Assembly: GCA_963754875.1 (NCBI GenBank) | Contig: CAVWHO010000011.1 | Span: forward strand, 32,001 to 96,000 | Source of the DNA: Nitrospirota bacterium | GTDB lineage: Bacteria; Nitrospirota; UBA9217 | DNA: 64,000 nt | Direction: 5' to 3' | Shown: positions 19,488-31,757 of the stretch, piece by piece | Position numbering within the stretch: the stretch's first letter is position 1 | Layout of the letters: each line of letters begins with the position of its first letter | Made by a program: the position numbers and the translations under genes | The notes under the pieces: model-generated | What the model was told of the DNA's origin: nothing | The model's database searches: none | What the model saw: the letters and a program-made list of their open reading frames with translations, nothing else

Positions 19488-21289
19488 CTAGAAAATATAC
19501 TTTTCCGCCTCGATTGCGGCATTTGCCAATTGGCGCTTGAACTTAAGCAATCCCGTGGCGTCGTATTTCGTGAACCGCCTGATCCCGCCAAGAAGCATGG
19601 TCAGGGTGTCGCCTTCTTCGATGAAGTATGCTGCCTTGCGCGCTGCTGTGGCTGTCTGCTCCACGGCATTGAAGGTGAATACCTTCACCGCTGCGGTGAC
19701 GGATGCCTTTTTGGCTTCGCTTAAGGACGGCAGGATCTTTTCAGCGCGCAAAAGGGCGCTCTCGATCGCAAAGATATTGATGGCAATGTCGGCTGCAGCA
19801 AGAAGGATCTCCTGCTCGTCCTTGATCGACATCATGAATTTCTGGACGCTGCTCCCCGCAATCACCAGGAAGACCTTCTTCAGGTTGGCAAGGAGCTCCT
19901 TTTCCGCGGCAAAGGGGTCTGTGTCGTCCAGCTCGTCGACGGAGGGGGTCATGAGCGACTCGAAGGCCTTGGTCGCCTCGCGCTGCAGCGGGATCTCCCC
20001 TTTCATGGCCCTGGTCAGGATGGTCCCGGGAATCAGGAGGCGATTGATCTCGTTCGTGCCTTCGAAAATGCGGTTGATCCGCTCGTCCCGGTAGAACCCT
20101 TCCGCAGGGTATTCCTGGATAAAGCCGTAGCCCCCGTGGATCTGCACTACCTGGTCCACAACTTCGGCCAGGACCTCACTGCAGAACACCTTGGCGATTG
20201 CGCACTCGATGGCATACTCCTCGATCCCCTTCTGGTAGACCTCGTAGTAGTTGGGAATGTTCTTGTCAATGGTCGCAAGTTTGTTGTCGATCAGGCCTGC
20301 AAGACGGTAGACGAGCGACTCCGCGGCAAAGGTAGCTGCCGTCAGGTCGGCGATCTTCTCCTTGATGGCTCCGAAGCTGGCAATGGGAACGCCGAACTGC
20401 TTTCGTATGTTGGCATATTTGATTCCTTCGTCAGGGCGTACTTTGCCGCCCCGGTCACTCCGGCGCCGAGCTTGAAGCGGCCGACGTTCAGCACATTGAA
20501 GGCGATCTTATGCCCCTTGCCGATCTGGCCGAGCACGTTTTCCACGGGCACCTTGGCGTTCTCGAGAATGATCTGCGTTGTCGAAGAGCCTCTGATCCCG
20601 AGCTTTTTTTCCTCTGCGCCCACGGACAGTCCCTCGGTCGTTCCTTTCCACGAGGAACGCGGTAAAGTGCTCTTTATCGATCTTGGCAAAGATCGTGTAG
20701 AGATTGGCAATGCTTCCGTTGGTGATGAACTGCTTGGTTCCGTTCAGGAGGTAGAATTTCCCGTCAGCGGAGAGCGTGGCCGTGGCCTTCGCTCCAAGGG
20801 CATCGCTCCCCGAGTCCGGCTCGGTCAGGCAGTAGGCCGCGATCCACTCACCGCTGATGATCTTTCCGCAGGTATTTCTCCTTCTGCTCCTGCGTGCCGT
20901 AGTAGACGAGCGGCAGCGTGCCGATGCCGGAATGGGCCGAGTAGGTGACGGAAAAAGAACCGGCTGCCGAGATTTTCTCCGCCAGCCAGCATGCTGGTCG
21001 CCTTATCGAGTTCGAGACCTCCGTACTCCTCGGGGGCATCGATCATGAGAAGCCCCAGCTCGCCGCACTTCTTCATCAACTGAACAACGAGGTCGAAATC
21101 GTGGTTTTCGATTTCCGCCCTGTGAGGGACGACCTCGTTCAGCACGAACTGTGCAGTAGTCTCGCCGATCTGCTTTTGCTCATCCGTAAAATCCTCGGGC
21201 GTAAAAACATCGTCCTTCGTTGCCTCGGTAATCAGGTACTCGGCCCCTTTGAACAGTTTCGCTTTCTTCACTTCCATATTCGTAGCCAT
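19488..21289 (-). CDS. fadE: Acyl-CoA dehydrogenase (several 1-bp indels)
   Basis: FTPEDFTDEQ, HSGIGTLP, KLGIRGSST, NVLNVGRFKLG, QIHGGYGF, RINRIFEGTNEINR across three frames. Confidence 0.9.
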
Positions 21290-21359
21290 GCTTTCACCTC
21301 ACTCTGATGAGATTGATTTCCCTAACGCCGTGGGCATTATGCCGTTGGCTACATTATTC

Positions 21360-22532
21360 CTACATCTTCTCAAAAATCCCGGCAGCCCCCATGCCGCCGC
21401 CGATGCACATGGAAACCATGCCGTAACGCACATTGTTCCGCTGCATCGCGTGAAGAAGCGTTGCCGTTAATTTTGAACCCGTGCAGCCCAGCGGGTGCCC
21501 AAGGGCGATTGCTCCGCCGCTGATATTGACCTTTGCCGGATCGAGACCGAGGGCCCGTACGCAGGCGAGCGCCTGGGCGGCAAAGGCCTCGTTCAGTTCT
21601 ATGAGGCCGATGTCTTCCTGCTTCAGCCCTGCCAGCCGAAGTGCCGCCGGGACCGCCTCCACGGGGCCGATCCCCATGATCTCGGGCGGCACCCCTTTCA
21701 CGGCAAAGGAAACGAATCTCGCCAAAGGGGTTTTGCCACATTTCTTCAGGAACTCCTCGGAGACGACGAGCGTGGCTGCTGCCCCGTCGGTCGTCTGCGA
21801 CGAGTTGCCGGCCGTCACGGTCCCCGTTGTCTTAAAAGCAGGTTTCAATTTTTCCAGAGCGGCCGTGGTCGTATCGCCCCGCACGCCGTCGTCGATGGAG
21901 ACGATCTCTGTGGTTCTTTTCATCTTGCCGTTTACGAGAGAGCACTTCTCGATCTCCACAGGGATTATTTCTTTCTGGAAATTGCCCTGCTTGATGGCAG
22001 TCGCTGCCTTTGCATGGCTGGCAACTGCAAAGGCGTCCTGGTCTTCCCGGGTAACGTTATATTTCTCCGCCACCTTCTCAGCGGTGATCCCCATGGAGGC
22101 GAACGATTCCGGCCAGCAGGCCACGAGAGAGGGATTTGCGCTGTACTTGCTACCTCCCATCGGGATCATGGTCATGCTCTCCGCGCCGCCGGCAATGATA
22201 CAGTCGGCAAACCCCGCCATGATCCGCTCCGCGGCCGAGGCAATCGTCTGCAGACCGGACGAGCAAAAACGGTTAACGGTCTGGGCCGGTACGTGATAGG
22301 GTATCCCGGCTTTCATTGCCGCGATCCGCGCCATGTTCATCCCCTGCTCTCCTTCCGGGAAGGCACTCCCCATGATGACATCCTCAACCAGCATCGGGTC
22401 GATGCCCGTTCTCTCCAGCAGGCCCTGCAAGGCAGCCGCGGCCAGATCGTCGGGCCTCATGTCCTTGAATTTTCCTTTTTTCGCCTTGCAACCGGGAGTG
22501 CGGTAGGCAGCTAAAACATATGCATTTCTCAT
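21360..22532 (-). CDS. fadA: Acetyl-CoA C-acyltransferase (thiolase)
   Basis: VNRFCSSG, NEAFA, GHPLG, MCIGGGMG. Confidence 0.95.
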   Translation of the reverse strand: MRNAYVLAAYRTPGCKAKKGKFKDMRPDDLAAAALQGLLERTGIDPMLVEDVIMGSAFPEGEQGMNMARIAAMKAGIPYHVPAQTVNRFCSSGLQTIASAAERIMAGFADCIIAGGAESMTMIPMGGSKYSANPSLVACWPESFASMGITAEKVAEKYNVTREDQDAFAVASHAKAATAIKQGNFQKEIIPVEIEKCSLVNGKMKRTTEIVSIDDGVRGDTTTAALEKLKPAFKTTGTVTAGNSSQTTDGAAATLVVSEEFLKKCGKTPLARFVSFAVKGVPPEIMGIGPVEAVPAALRLAGLKQEDIGLIELNEAFAAQALACVRALGLDPAKVNISGGAIALGHPLGCTGSKLTATLLHAMQRNNVRYGMVSMCIGGGMGAAGIFEKM

Positions 22533-22580
22533 CATATCCTCCATTTTTAAAATGCGCTTTGACACAAAGGAGCGTAGCTC

Positions 22581-24969
22581 TTAATTCCGCAACGGTTTGC
22601 CCTTCTTCAGCATGTGCTGGATGCGCTCCAGCGTCTTTTTCTGGCCACAGAGCTTGAGAAATGCCTCCTGCTCCAACTCCAACAGGTACTCCTCTGTGAT
22701 GAGGGTGCCGGCAGGAACATCGCCGCCCGTGATAACGTCGGCGATCGTGCTCCCCAGATACTCCTCATACTCGGTGACAAATTCACCGATGCGCATGTTC
22801 CAGAGCTGGGATTTTATGGTGGCCGCTACGCTCCGTCCCGGAGCCTTCAGGTCAATAAGCGGTTTCGACGGACGGTAGTTGGCTGCGAGAGCGATTGTTT
22901 TCTGCTTGGCGTCAAAAATCCGCCTGTCCATGTTCATCGTTATCGCATCGCCATGGCGCAGGAAGCCCATTTCCCTGAGTTCCGCAGCGGAGGTACTTAC
23001 TTTGGCCATGGCAATGTTCGAGAAGTTCTTGAAAATGAACGGGCTGGCGTCGATGTCGTTTGCCTGGGCCAGCTTTATGGCTCTGATCGCCATTTCTTTG
23101 GTCCCCCCACCTGCGGGGAGGAGCCCCACGCCTATCTCCACGAGCCCCATGTAGGTCTCGGCGTGTGGATTTACAGCGTCTGCATGGAGGCAGATCTCGC
23201 ACCCGCCCCCCATGACTAAATTATGGGGTGCGGCGACCACCGGTATCTTCGAATATTTGATCGCCATCATCGACTTCTGAAAGTTCTTGACCACCAGGGC
23301 GAGTTCGTCATATGACCCCTCGCTGATGGCCATAGCAATAAGCATCAGGTTGGCGCCGGCGGAAAAAACGCTTCCTTCGTTGGCGATGATGAGGCCAACT
23401 CCGTCCAATTCCGCCCGCTTGATCCCCTTGTGCACCATGGAAAGAATTTCGTTGCCGATGGCATTCATCTTCGTGTGGAATTCAAGGCAAAAGACGCCAT
23501 CGCCAATGTCGAGTACGGAAGCGCCACTGTTTTTCTCTACCACCCCGCCGTTTCTCTTCAAAAGAGAGAGGTTTATATTGCCGGCAGACCTGGACACTTC
23601 ATGGTATTCGTTGTCATGAATGCCGTAGTAATAGTTTCCCCCGTTATCGAATCTGTAGAACCGCTCAATTGTTTTGAGGGATGCCGGTACTACCACTCCG
23701 TCCTTCTCCGCTCGCTTGACGAATTCTTTAACACTGATGGCGTCAAGCATCTCGAAAGGGCCGAGTTCCCAGTTGAAACCCCATTTCATGGCATTGTCGA
23801 TATTGACGATGTCTTCGGAAATCTCAGGAATGCGATTCACGGTATAGATGAGAGTATCGCGCAGGTTCTTCCAGGCGAACTCGGCTCCCTTGTCAGTGCC
23901 GGATATGACCGTCTGCAACCTTTTCGCTGGATCGTCGATCGCCTTGGCCGTTTCCACAGAGGCGAACTTTGGACGCTGGGACGGTGCGTACTCTCCTTTC
24001 GTATAATCGTAGTAGAAGTACGCTGAGCCGTTTTCACCTTTCTCCTTCTTGAAAAACCCTTGCTTGCTTTTGTTCCCCAGCAGCCCCTTTTTCACCATCT
24101 CGCTGATAAAGCCGGGGAAGCGGAAAGTTTCCCGCTGTTCATCATTCACCAGAAGCTCATAAGAATTGTTCGCCACGTGCTGGAGCGTATCAAGGCCCAC
24201 GAGATCAGCGGTGCGGAAGGCCGCGCTTTTGGGACGGGCCGTGGCGGGCCCGACGACTGCATCCACCTCCTCCACGGTCAGCTTCATTTCGACCATATTC
24301 TGTATGCAGTTACAGATGGAATAAACGCCGATCCGGTTAGCGATGAAGTTTGGGGTGTTCTTGGCAGAGACGATCCCCTTGCCCAGGCGCCGCTCAATGA
24401 ACTCGGCCATGAACCGGACGGTCTCAGGATCGGTGGAGCGGCAAGGTACGATCTCAAGGAGACGCATGTAACGCGGCGGATTGAAAAAGTGAGTGACCAG
24501 GAAATTCCTTTGCACGTGCTCGGGAAGGCTTTCGGCCATCTCGTTGACGGAGAGTCCGCTTGTGTTGGTCGAGAGAATGGCCCCTTCCCTGAGGTTCGGG
24601 GCGATCTTCTCTTTGAAAAGCCTCTTCTTGATCTGCCATGTTTTCGACGACGACCTCGATGACCCAGTCGCATTCCCGGAGCTTCTTCGCGTCGTCTTCA
24701 AAATTTCCAATCTCGATATAGGAGGCATAGGCAGGGAGAAAGAAGGCCGCAGGCTTCATCTTCCTGAGCCCTTCCAGCCCTGCTGCAGCGATCCGGTTCC
24801 GAACCGCCGGATTATCCAGCGTGAGGCCCGCCTTTGTCTCGGCTTCGTTCAGCTCCTTCGGTACGATATCGAGCAGAAGGACCCGGATTCCTGCATTCGC
24901 GAGGTGGGCGGCAATGGTCGCTCCCATCACCCCTGCCCCCAGAACAGCCGTTTTGTTGATTTGCTTCAT
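22581..24969 (-). CDS. fadN: 3-hydroxyacyl-CoA dehydrogenase/enoyl-CoA hydratase (one indel near 24633)
   Basis: VLGAGVMG, STNTSGL, HFFNPPRY, FSAGANL, GGGCE, GKPLRN. Confidence 0.92.
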
Positions 24970-25001
24970 CGTATCCCTCCGTTAATAGGTTGCGTGCAGC
25001 G

Positions 25002-26814
25002 TCAACTCCTGTTATCAACGTACATTCCCTCGATCGTGTCTTTGTATTTTTCATAGATGACCTTGCGTTTAAGCTTCAGGGTGGGCGTCATCTCCCCGCC
25101 TTCGATGGAAAAATCCCGGGGAAGCAATACAAATTTTTTGACAGTTTCATACGATGCAAGCCTGCTGTTGATTTCAGCGATCCGCTGTTCGAACAGTTCC
25201 CGGATCGGCCCGCTCGTAACGAAACCGTCCTTATTGCCGCAGTCGATATCCTTTTCCCGCGCATACTCCATGACCTGTTCCCTGTTCGGGACCAGAAGAG
25301 CGGTGAGGTACGGTTTCCGGTCGCCGTAAACAATAGCTTGGGTGATGTATTTGTCGAGTTGCAGTTCGCCTTCGACCCGCCGGGGAGCAATGTTCTTCCC
25401 CCCGGCGGTAATAATCAGTTCCTTCTTCCGGTCCGTGATGCAAACGAACCCATTTTCGATATGGCCGATATCTCCGGTCCTGAACCAGCCACTCTGCAAG
25501 GCTTCACTGGTAGCCACCGGATCCTTGTAATAGCCGACCATAACCTGGGGGCCCTTGATCAAGAGCTCACCATCTGCATCCGCCTTGATCTCCGTATTCT
25601 CAAGCGCTGTTCCCACAGAACCGAAACGCACCTGTTTCAAACTGTTGAAACAGACGGCCGGGCTGGTCTCGGTAAGACCGTACCCTTCCAGAATAGGAAT
25701 CCCGATGATCCAGAAAAATTCGTTGATCGTTTTGTCCAGGGGAGCGCCCCCACAGCAGAAAAGCCTCATGTTTCCACCGAAACGGTCCCGAAGCTTGCCG
25801 AAGACCAAACGCTCGGCGATGTTGTACTTGAAAGACAGGAACGCAGAACTTGTCTTGTTGATATATCGTGATTCCACGTACTGCTTCCCGACCTCTATTG
25901 CCCAGTGAAAGATTTTTTGTTTCATTGCAGGCATTTTCCGGACATTTTCAAAGATGCGGGAATAGATCTTTTCGAACAACCGCGGCACGCTAACCATTAC
26001 CGTCGGTTTCAACTCTACCATATTCTCCGCCACCTTTTCAATGCTGTCGGCAAACGCCAGCAGGGAACCGTTCATGATTGCCAGGTAGTAGCCAATTGTC
26101 CTTTCCAGCACGTGGCTCAAAGGCAGGAAGCTGAGGTGAATGTCCTTTTCGCTTAGTACCTCCGCCTTTTTACTCGTATAAAAAGCATCGAAAAGAATGT
26201 TGCGATGGGTCAGCATTGCCCCTTTCGGCACACCTGTTGTTCCTGACGTGTACATGATCGTAAGAAGGTCGTCTGGGACTATTCGGTCGATGAGCGACTT
26301 CAAGCTGTTTTTTCTCGCTGTCAGTAATGGGAAAATCGATTTCCAATAGCTGATTCAACGTGCAGACTGGTAATGCGGGCTCACCCAGGAAACGCTCGAA
26401 GGAAACGACCAGTTCAACTGCAGGAATAGACTCTCGAATTTTAAGAAGCTTCGCATACTGGTGCTTGCTGGAAATAAACACGATTCGTGCTTCTGAATGG
26501 TTTATGACACGCTCGACTTGTTCCGGGGTATTGCTCGGGTAGATCGGTACGGCTATTCCGCCCGCACAAAGGATACCCATATCAGCGATAACCCACCCTG
26601 CACGATTTTCGGAAAGTATGGCAACCTTGTCTCCGGACTTAACATTCACTCTTGAAAGACCGCGAGCAGCCATCAGGGCGCGATCATAGAATTCTCCATA
26701 GCTTAACGTCACAAAGGTTCCCTTTTTTCTGAACTTCAGGGCATGTCTCTCTCGAAATTTGACAGCATTCTTCCGCAACATATCGGGAATTGATAAAAAA
26801 GGAAGATCCAGCAT
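25002..26814 (-). CDS. fadD: Long-chain fatty acid-CoA ligase (one indel near 26300)
   Basis: YTSGTTGVPKG, LPLSHVLER, EGYGLTE, WFRTGDIG, DRKKELI, TPTLKLKR. Confidence 0.92.
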
Positions 26815-26851
26815 ACGTATCTCCTTATTAGAGAGAGAAAGTACTAATGGG

Positions 26852-26880
26852 ATCATACATAACCTTTACGCTCACGTCAA
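26852..26880 (-). promoter_or_regulatory. Sigma70 promoter of the fadD operon with LiuR-type operator (26865-26880)
   Basis: TTGACG-N17-TATGAT; operator TTGACGTGAGCGTAAA. Confidence 0.7.
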
Positions 26881-27164
26881 GTTGTTTTTGTAATTTTACA
26901 TATTGTTGTAATGAAAGTCCTGTTACGATCCGCTGAAAGGATCATGGGAATGATGCCTAAATATAACTAATTGATTTTTTTATGAGTGCCAGGATTTTAG
27001 CAAAAAAATTTCGGTTATCAGCGCGCTCTGATAAAGATGGGGTGGAGTTTCTGAAAATCAAGAATTAGTGGGCAAGATAGAAAATATTACTTACACAGAA
27101 GGAAACATATAAACGGTACGTTTTTGTGGAACTTTAAACATGCAGAGCACTCACCTATTGTGCC

Positions 27165-27875
27165 CTACTCTCTCCCTTCCGTCGACGTTTCTTGCGCGCT
27201 TTGACCTGTGATCTCCTTGATCTTCGCCAGCCGTTTCCGCCGATCCTCCCGGGAAACGTACCAGTCCTGAATGAGTGTCTCGATCAATCCGATCAGCAAC
27301 TCGGCCTCTCCGGGCTCAGTGTCGAGAATTTCGGCTCCTTCACTGTCCATCCGGCCGCCGATCATGCCGTTCTTCCTGACGGACTCGATTGCCTCCCATG
27401 TGAGCGGGTCCGCCGTGCCTTTGATCTGGCGAAACTCGTCTCCGAGCATCCCCGGCTGAACTCGCCAGAAGTCCCGCAGCATTTCCGAGAGACAGCGACG
27501 CGAAAGAGCGGCGGCCACCTTCGGGCTGAACTCAACAGCGATGCAGGCTTCCTCGTAGTCCTGGAGGACCTGCTGAGGAATGTCGACGGAGAAGAAATGG
27601 GCGCGCGACGGTGGGACGAGAGACCAGGTCTTGATATGCTTTCCCGTGTAAGAACGGTTTCCGGAGACTTCCAGACCATGCAGGGAGGCACTGAGAGAAA
27701 ATTTGCGGCATTCGGGATTCGGGCAGACGACAAACTTTGCCACGAGCCGGCGTGGGCCGTCAGCGTTGTCGATCGTAAGGTCTGCAAATGTAATCTGCCG
27801 CCCCTCGTCGGTGACGGTCTGATCCCTATTGCAAAACGGGCAGTGCCAGAGATATTCGCTCACGTTTGCCTCCAT
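27165..27875 (-). CDS. Zinc-ribbon + DUF4145 (HEPN-like) protein
   Basis: WHCPFC...CPNPEC; IPQQVLQDYEEA..SPK.AAALSRRCL..MLRDFW; AELLIGLIETL..DWYV. Confidence 0.75.
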   Translation of the reverse strand: MEANVSEYLWHCPFCNRDQTVTDEGRQITFADLTIDNADGPRRLVAKFVVCPNPECRKFSLSASLHGLEVSGNRSYTGKHIKTWSLVPPSRAHFFSVDIPQQVLQDYEEACIAVEFSPKVAAALSRRCLSEMLRDFWRVQPGMLGDEFRQIKGTADPLTWEAIESVRKNGMIGGRMDSEGAEILDTEPGEAELLIGLIETLIQDWYVSREDRRKRLAKIKEITGQSAQETSTEGRE

Positions 27876-27891
27876 GAACGGCTGCTCGATT

Positions 27892-28971
27892 TCAGATGAT
27901 CAGTTCTTGCAGTTGCCGCTCTTCCCATTCTTTTGTGATAACGACTTCGCCCACCTTCGTGGGCAGGACGAACTTCACTTTGCCGCCTTCCGCCTTTTTG
28001 TCAATCTGCATGGTGCTCATCAGCTCGGTCGCCGCGGGCTTACGGCTGAGGGCGGCAAGATTTGTCGGCAACCCATAAGCTGCGATGAGTTTCTCGATGC
28101 GGTCAGGCACCGATGCGTCGCACAAACCCGTCTTCTGTGCCAGGCGCGCAGCGTAGACCATACCGATCGCGACGGCGTAGCCGTGGCGTATCGTGTAGTT
28201 TTCAGCTGTCTCGATGGCATGGCCAATCGTGTGTCCGAAGTTCAAGATCGCGCGGAGACCGCTTTCACGTTCGTCCCTGCTCACGACGTCTGCTTTGATC
28301 TCGCAGGAGCGGCGGATGACATAGAGAAGCGCATCCGGGTCGAGCGAAAGGATCTTCTCGCGGTTATTGGCGAGATACTCGAAGAACGAGCTGTCCCAGA
28401 TCACGCCGTACTTGATGACTTCTGCCATGCCCGAAAGCAGTTCTTCTTTCGGCAGGGACTTGAGCACGCTTAGGTCCATCAGGACTTTCTTCGGCTGATA
28501 GAAAGCACCGATCATGTTCTTGCCCAGGGGATGATTTACGCCGGTCTTGCCGCCGACGCTGCTGTCCACCATCGAGAGGAGCGTGGTAGGCACTTGAATG
28601 AATGGTACGCCGCGCATGAACGTGGCTGCAGCAAAACCGGTAAGGTCGCCGATCACACCACCGCCGAACGCGACGAGCGCAGACTTCCGGTCGAAGCTGT
28701 TAATGAGAAGCGCCGTATAGATAGCGTTTGCCCAATCGAGGTTTTTATACTGTTCGCCGTCGGGGATATCTATCGACATGACAATAAAGCCCGCTTCTTT
28801 GAGGCTGTCCACTATCCTTTGGCCATAGAGCTTCTTGACCGTTGGATTCGTGACCAGTGCAATCTTTTTGCCGAGTCCGAGGTCCCGAAGCCGGTCGCCG
28901 GACTCGCCCAGGCCCGAACCGATCTCGATATCGTAGCTCCGGTCGCCGAGACGTACCTTAACAATATGCAT
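27892..28971 (-). CDS. aroB: 3-dehydroquinate synthase
   Basis: GGGVIGDLTGF, PTTLLSMVDSSVGGKT, LNFGHTIGHA. Confidence 0.97.
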   Translation of the reverse strand: MHIVKVRLGDRSYDIEIGSGLGESGDRLRDLGLGKKIALVTNPTVKKLYGQRIVDSLKEAGFIVMSIDIPDGEQYKNLDWANAIYTALLINSFDRKSALVAFGGGVIGDLTGFAAATFMRGVPFIQVPTTLLSMVDSSVGGKTGVNHPLGKNMIGAFYQPKKVLMDLSVLKSLPKEELLSGMAEVIKYGVIWDSSFFEYLANNREKILSLDPDALLYVIRRSCEIKADVVSRDERESGLRAILNFGHTIGHAIETAENYTIRHGYAVAIGMVYAARLAQKTGLCDASVPDRIEKLIAAYGLPTNLAALSRKPAATELMSTMQIDKKAEGGKVKFVLPTKVGEVVITKEWEERQLQELII

Positions 28972-29473
28972 ACTTGATTCTTTCTTTGATCATTTGAATG
29001 ACGTCCTCAACCGGTTTTTCAGAGGTGTCGATGGCCACGTCCGCCTGGGCGTAGAACTGAGCGCGGCTTTCGAGCAGCTCGCGTATTTTCATCAGAGGAT
29101 CAGCAGTCTGGAGCAGCGGCCGGTGGGTCTCGTGCTTGATGCGTTCGTAGATCACTTCGGGCCGTGCGGTAAGGCAGACAACGAGGCCGGCCTTTTTGAA
29201 CGCTTCGCGGTTTCTGTCCTGGATCACGGCGCCACCGCCGGTGGAAACTACTTGACCTTCACGCGCTGTTACTTCCCGGATGATCTTTGCCTCAATCTCG
29301 CGGAAATAGGGTTCGCCGAACTTGGCGAAGATGGACGTGATATCCAAATGTTGATCGGCCTCGATGAGGCTGTCCGTGTCGACGAACAGGTAGCCCAAGT
29401 CCTTTGCCAGCTGTGTGCCGACCCGGGTCTTGCCCACACCCATGAAGCCGGTGAGAATGATATTCTTAAACAT
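28958..29473 (-). CDS. aroK: Shikimate kinase
   Basis: GFMGVGKT, FVDTD, STGGG, RPLL. Confidence 0.96.
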   Translation of the reverse strand: MFKNIILTGFMGVGKTRVGTQLAKDLGYLFVDTDSLIEADQHLDITSIFAKFGEPYFREIEAKIIREVTAREGQVVSTGGGAVIQDRNREAFKKAGLVVCLTARPEVIYERIKHETHRPLLQTADPLMKIRELLESRAQFYAQADVAIDTSEKPVEDVIQMIKERIKYAYC

Positions 29474-29507
29474 GGTTATTGATTTTTGTTTGGCTTTTGC
29501 TAGCCTC

Positions 29508-30698
29508 TTACTTCTTTTCGACCGTTTCTTCCTCGCCTATCCGCGCCTTCAGATGCTTGTCATACTGGGAGAAATTCCGTTTCATTTCGTCGATGCTGTC
29601 GCCGCCGAACTTTTCGACCAAAGCCGTCGCCATTTCAAAAGCCACTGCGGCCTCTGCGACGACTCCGGCTGCCGGCACTGCGCAGACGTCGGACCTCTCC
29701 ACGCTCGCCTTGAAAGGCCTCTTGCTCGCGAGGTCGACGGAGCGGAGCGGCTTCATGAGCGTCGGGATAGGCTTCATGGCAGCACGCAACACGATGGGTT
29801 CGCCGTTGCTGATCCCGCCTTCGATGCCGCCCGCCATGTTGGTCTTGCGATAGAACCCTTCTTTCCTGCTCCAGAAGATCTCGTCGTGCACCTGCGAGCC
29901 CGGCCTGTTTGCAACACCGAAGCCGGCGCCGACCTCGACGCCTTTGATGGCCTGGACGCTCATGAGCGCATTGGCGAGTCTGGCGTCGAGTTTGCGGTCC
30001 CAGTGAGCGTGGCTGCCGAGACCCACAGGAACTCCGTTGATGATGATCTCAAAAACGCCGCCCAGCGTGTCGCCGGCAACCTTGGCCTCATCAATCTTCC
30101 GCATCATTCGCTTTTCCGCATCGGGGTCCGCACAGCGCAGTTCCGATGCCTCGGCGCGTTTCTTGAGTTCGCGAACAGAGATCTTGGGAACTTTAGCATA
30201 CACGCCTCCAATGGAGAGCACGTGGCTTATGACTTCGATGCCGAACTCTTCGAGCAGCCGTTTTGCCACTGAGCCCACGGCCACGCGCATGGCCGTTTCC
30301 CGGGCGCTCGATCGTTCGAGGATGTTGCGAATATCGGTCATGTTGTACTTGAGGGCCCCTGCGAGGTCGGCATGGCCCGGACGGGGTCGCGTCAGAGGAT
30401 CAGCAGAATTCAGGAACATCGGGTCTACCGACATTTTGTCACGCCAATTTTCCCAGTCCTTGTTCCGGATCATGAGCCCCACGGGACTGCCGAGCGTCCT
30501 GCCCCAGCGCACACCGGTATAGATCTTCACCTGGTCTTTTTCGATCTTCATCCGGTTGCCGCGGCCGTACCCCACCTGCCTTCTGGCCAGATCGCGGTCA
30601 ATGTCCGTTATCCGGATCAAAAGACCGGCAGGCATGCCTTCGATGATGCCCATGAGAAGTTCACCATGGGATTCACCGGCAGTCAAAAGTCGCAACAT
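29508..30698 (-). CDS. aroC: Chorismate synthase
   Basis: [31 protein letters not shown]. Confidence 0.97.
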   Translation of the reverse strand: MLRLLTAGESHGELLMGIIEGMPAGLLIRITDIDRDLARRQVGYGRGNRMKIEKDQVKIYTGVRWGRTLGSPVGLMIRNKDWENWRDKMSVDPMFLNSADPLTRPRPGHADLAGALKYNMTDIRNILERSSARETAMRVAVGSVAKRLLEEFGIEVISHVLSIGGVYAKVPKISVRELKKRAEASELRCADPDAEKRMMRKIDEAKVAGDTLGGVFEIIINGVPVGLGSHAHWDRKLDARLANALMSVQAIKGVEVGAGFGVANRPGSQVHDEIFWSRKEGFYRKTNMAGGIEGGISNGEPIVLRAAMKPIPTLMKPLRSVDLASKRPFKASVERSDVCAVPAAGVVAEAAVAFEMATALVEKFGGDSIDEMKRNFSQYDKHLKARIGEEETVEKK

Positions 30699-31024
30699 CG
30701 TTCCCCTCCCATAGAAGCAATTAATCACGCCCTGTTTCTCTACATGATGAATCAAGGTTTTTGTGAGAAAAAACACCTGTAAAATCGGGCTCATCATAAC
30801 AAATTTGTCATGGAAGTGCAATGAAAAGTATGGTATAAATAGGGGTATTTTAAGGGTAGGAAATGATTTTTGCCTTGGAAAAGGCATCGGAAGTTCGGAT
30901 GCTGAGATACAGCAAATCACATTTTTTCAATAAGTTACAGAAAAGTAGCACTATCCTTTTGGAGTCTAGGAACTTGAAATCGAGCATACCATCATCTACA
31001 TCCAAGGAGAAGCAATAACGCACC

Positions 31025-31757
31025 ATGATCGCCCTCCTCTGCTCTGTTCAAGCTGAAGCAGAACATCTCCTGGCTTCTGCCACCGTGTCAGCAGGACCTC
31101 GACGATCGGGTCCAAGTCGATTATTGAGGGAACACTCGCCGATCAGTCGGGTCCTGCTCTGCATCGGAGGCATGGGCAAGGTCAATGCAGCTCATGCGGC
31201 GACGATTCTTTCGGGGTTTAACCCGGCAGCTATCGTCATCTTTGGAATAGGCGGAGCCTATCCTTCATCAAGCGCAAAAATCGGGGATGTCGTGATCGCA
31301 AAAGAAGAGATTGCCGGTGACGAAGGGGTGTTAACGCTTGATGGTTTTAAAGACACGGAATACATCGGCATCCCCCTGCTCAGAACCTCGACGTCGGTGA
31401 TTTATACTACCTACCCGGCACCGGAATCTTTGGTCAAACACGCTCTCCAAGCGGTCTTGACCCATCGGCAAGATCGACAGAAACACTGTGCATCTGGGGA
31501 CCTTCGTGACTCTGTCGACCTGCACCGGGACCACGGCGCGGGCACGGGACCTGGAAGAGCGTTATCACGGTCTTTGTGAAAACATGGAGGGAGCTGCCGT
31601 GGCGCAGGTGGCGGAACTCCACAACATTCCCTGGATCGAAGTGCGCGGGATTTCCAATATCGTGGAAGACCGCGATCTCCAAAAATGGGACATTCCCTCA
31701 GCAGCGCATGCGGCACAGCAAGCCGTTTTACACATTTTGGGAGGCTGGAGGCAATGA
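31025..31757 (+). CDS. mqnB: Futalosine hydrolase (frameshifted)
   Basis: GMGKVNAA, FGIGGAYP, TLSTCTGT, ENMEGAAVA, EVRGISNIVEDRD; upstream of mqnD. Confidence 0.88.
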
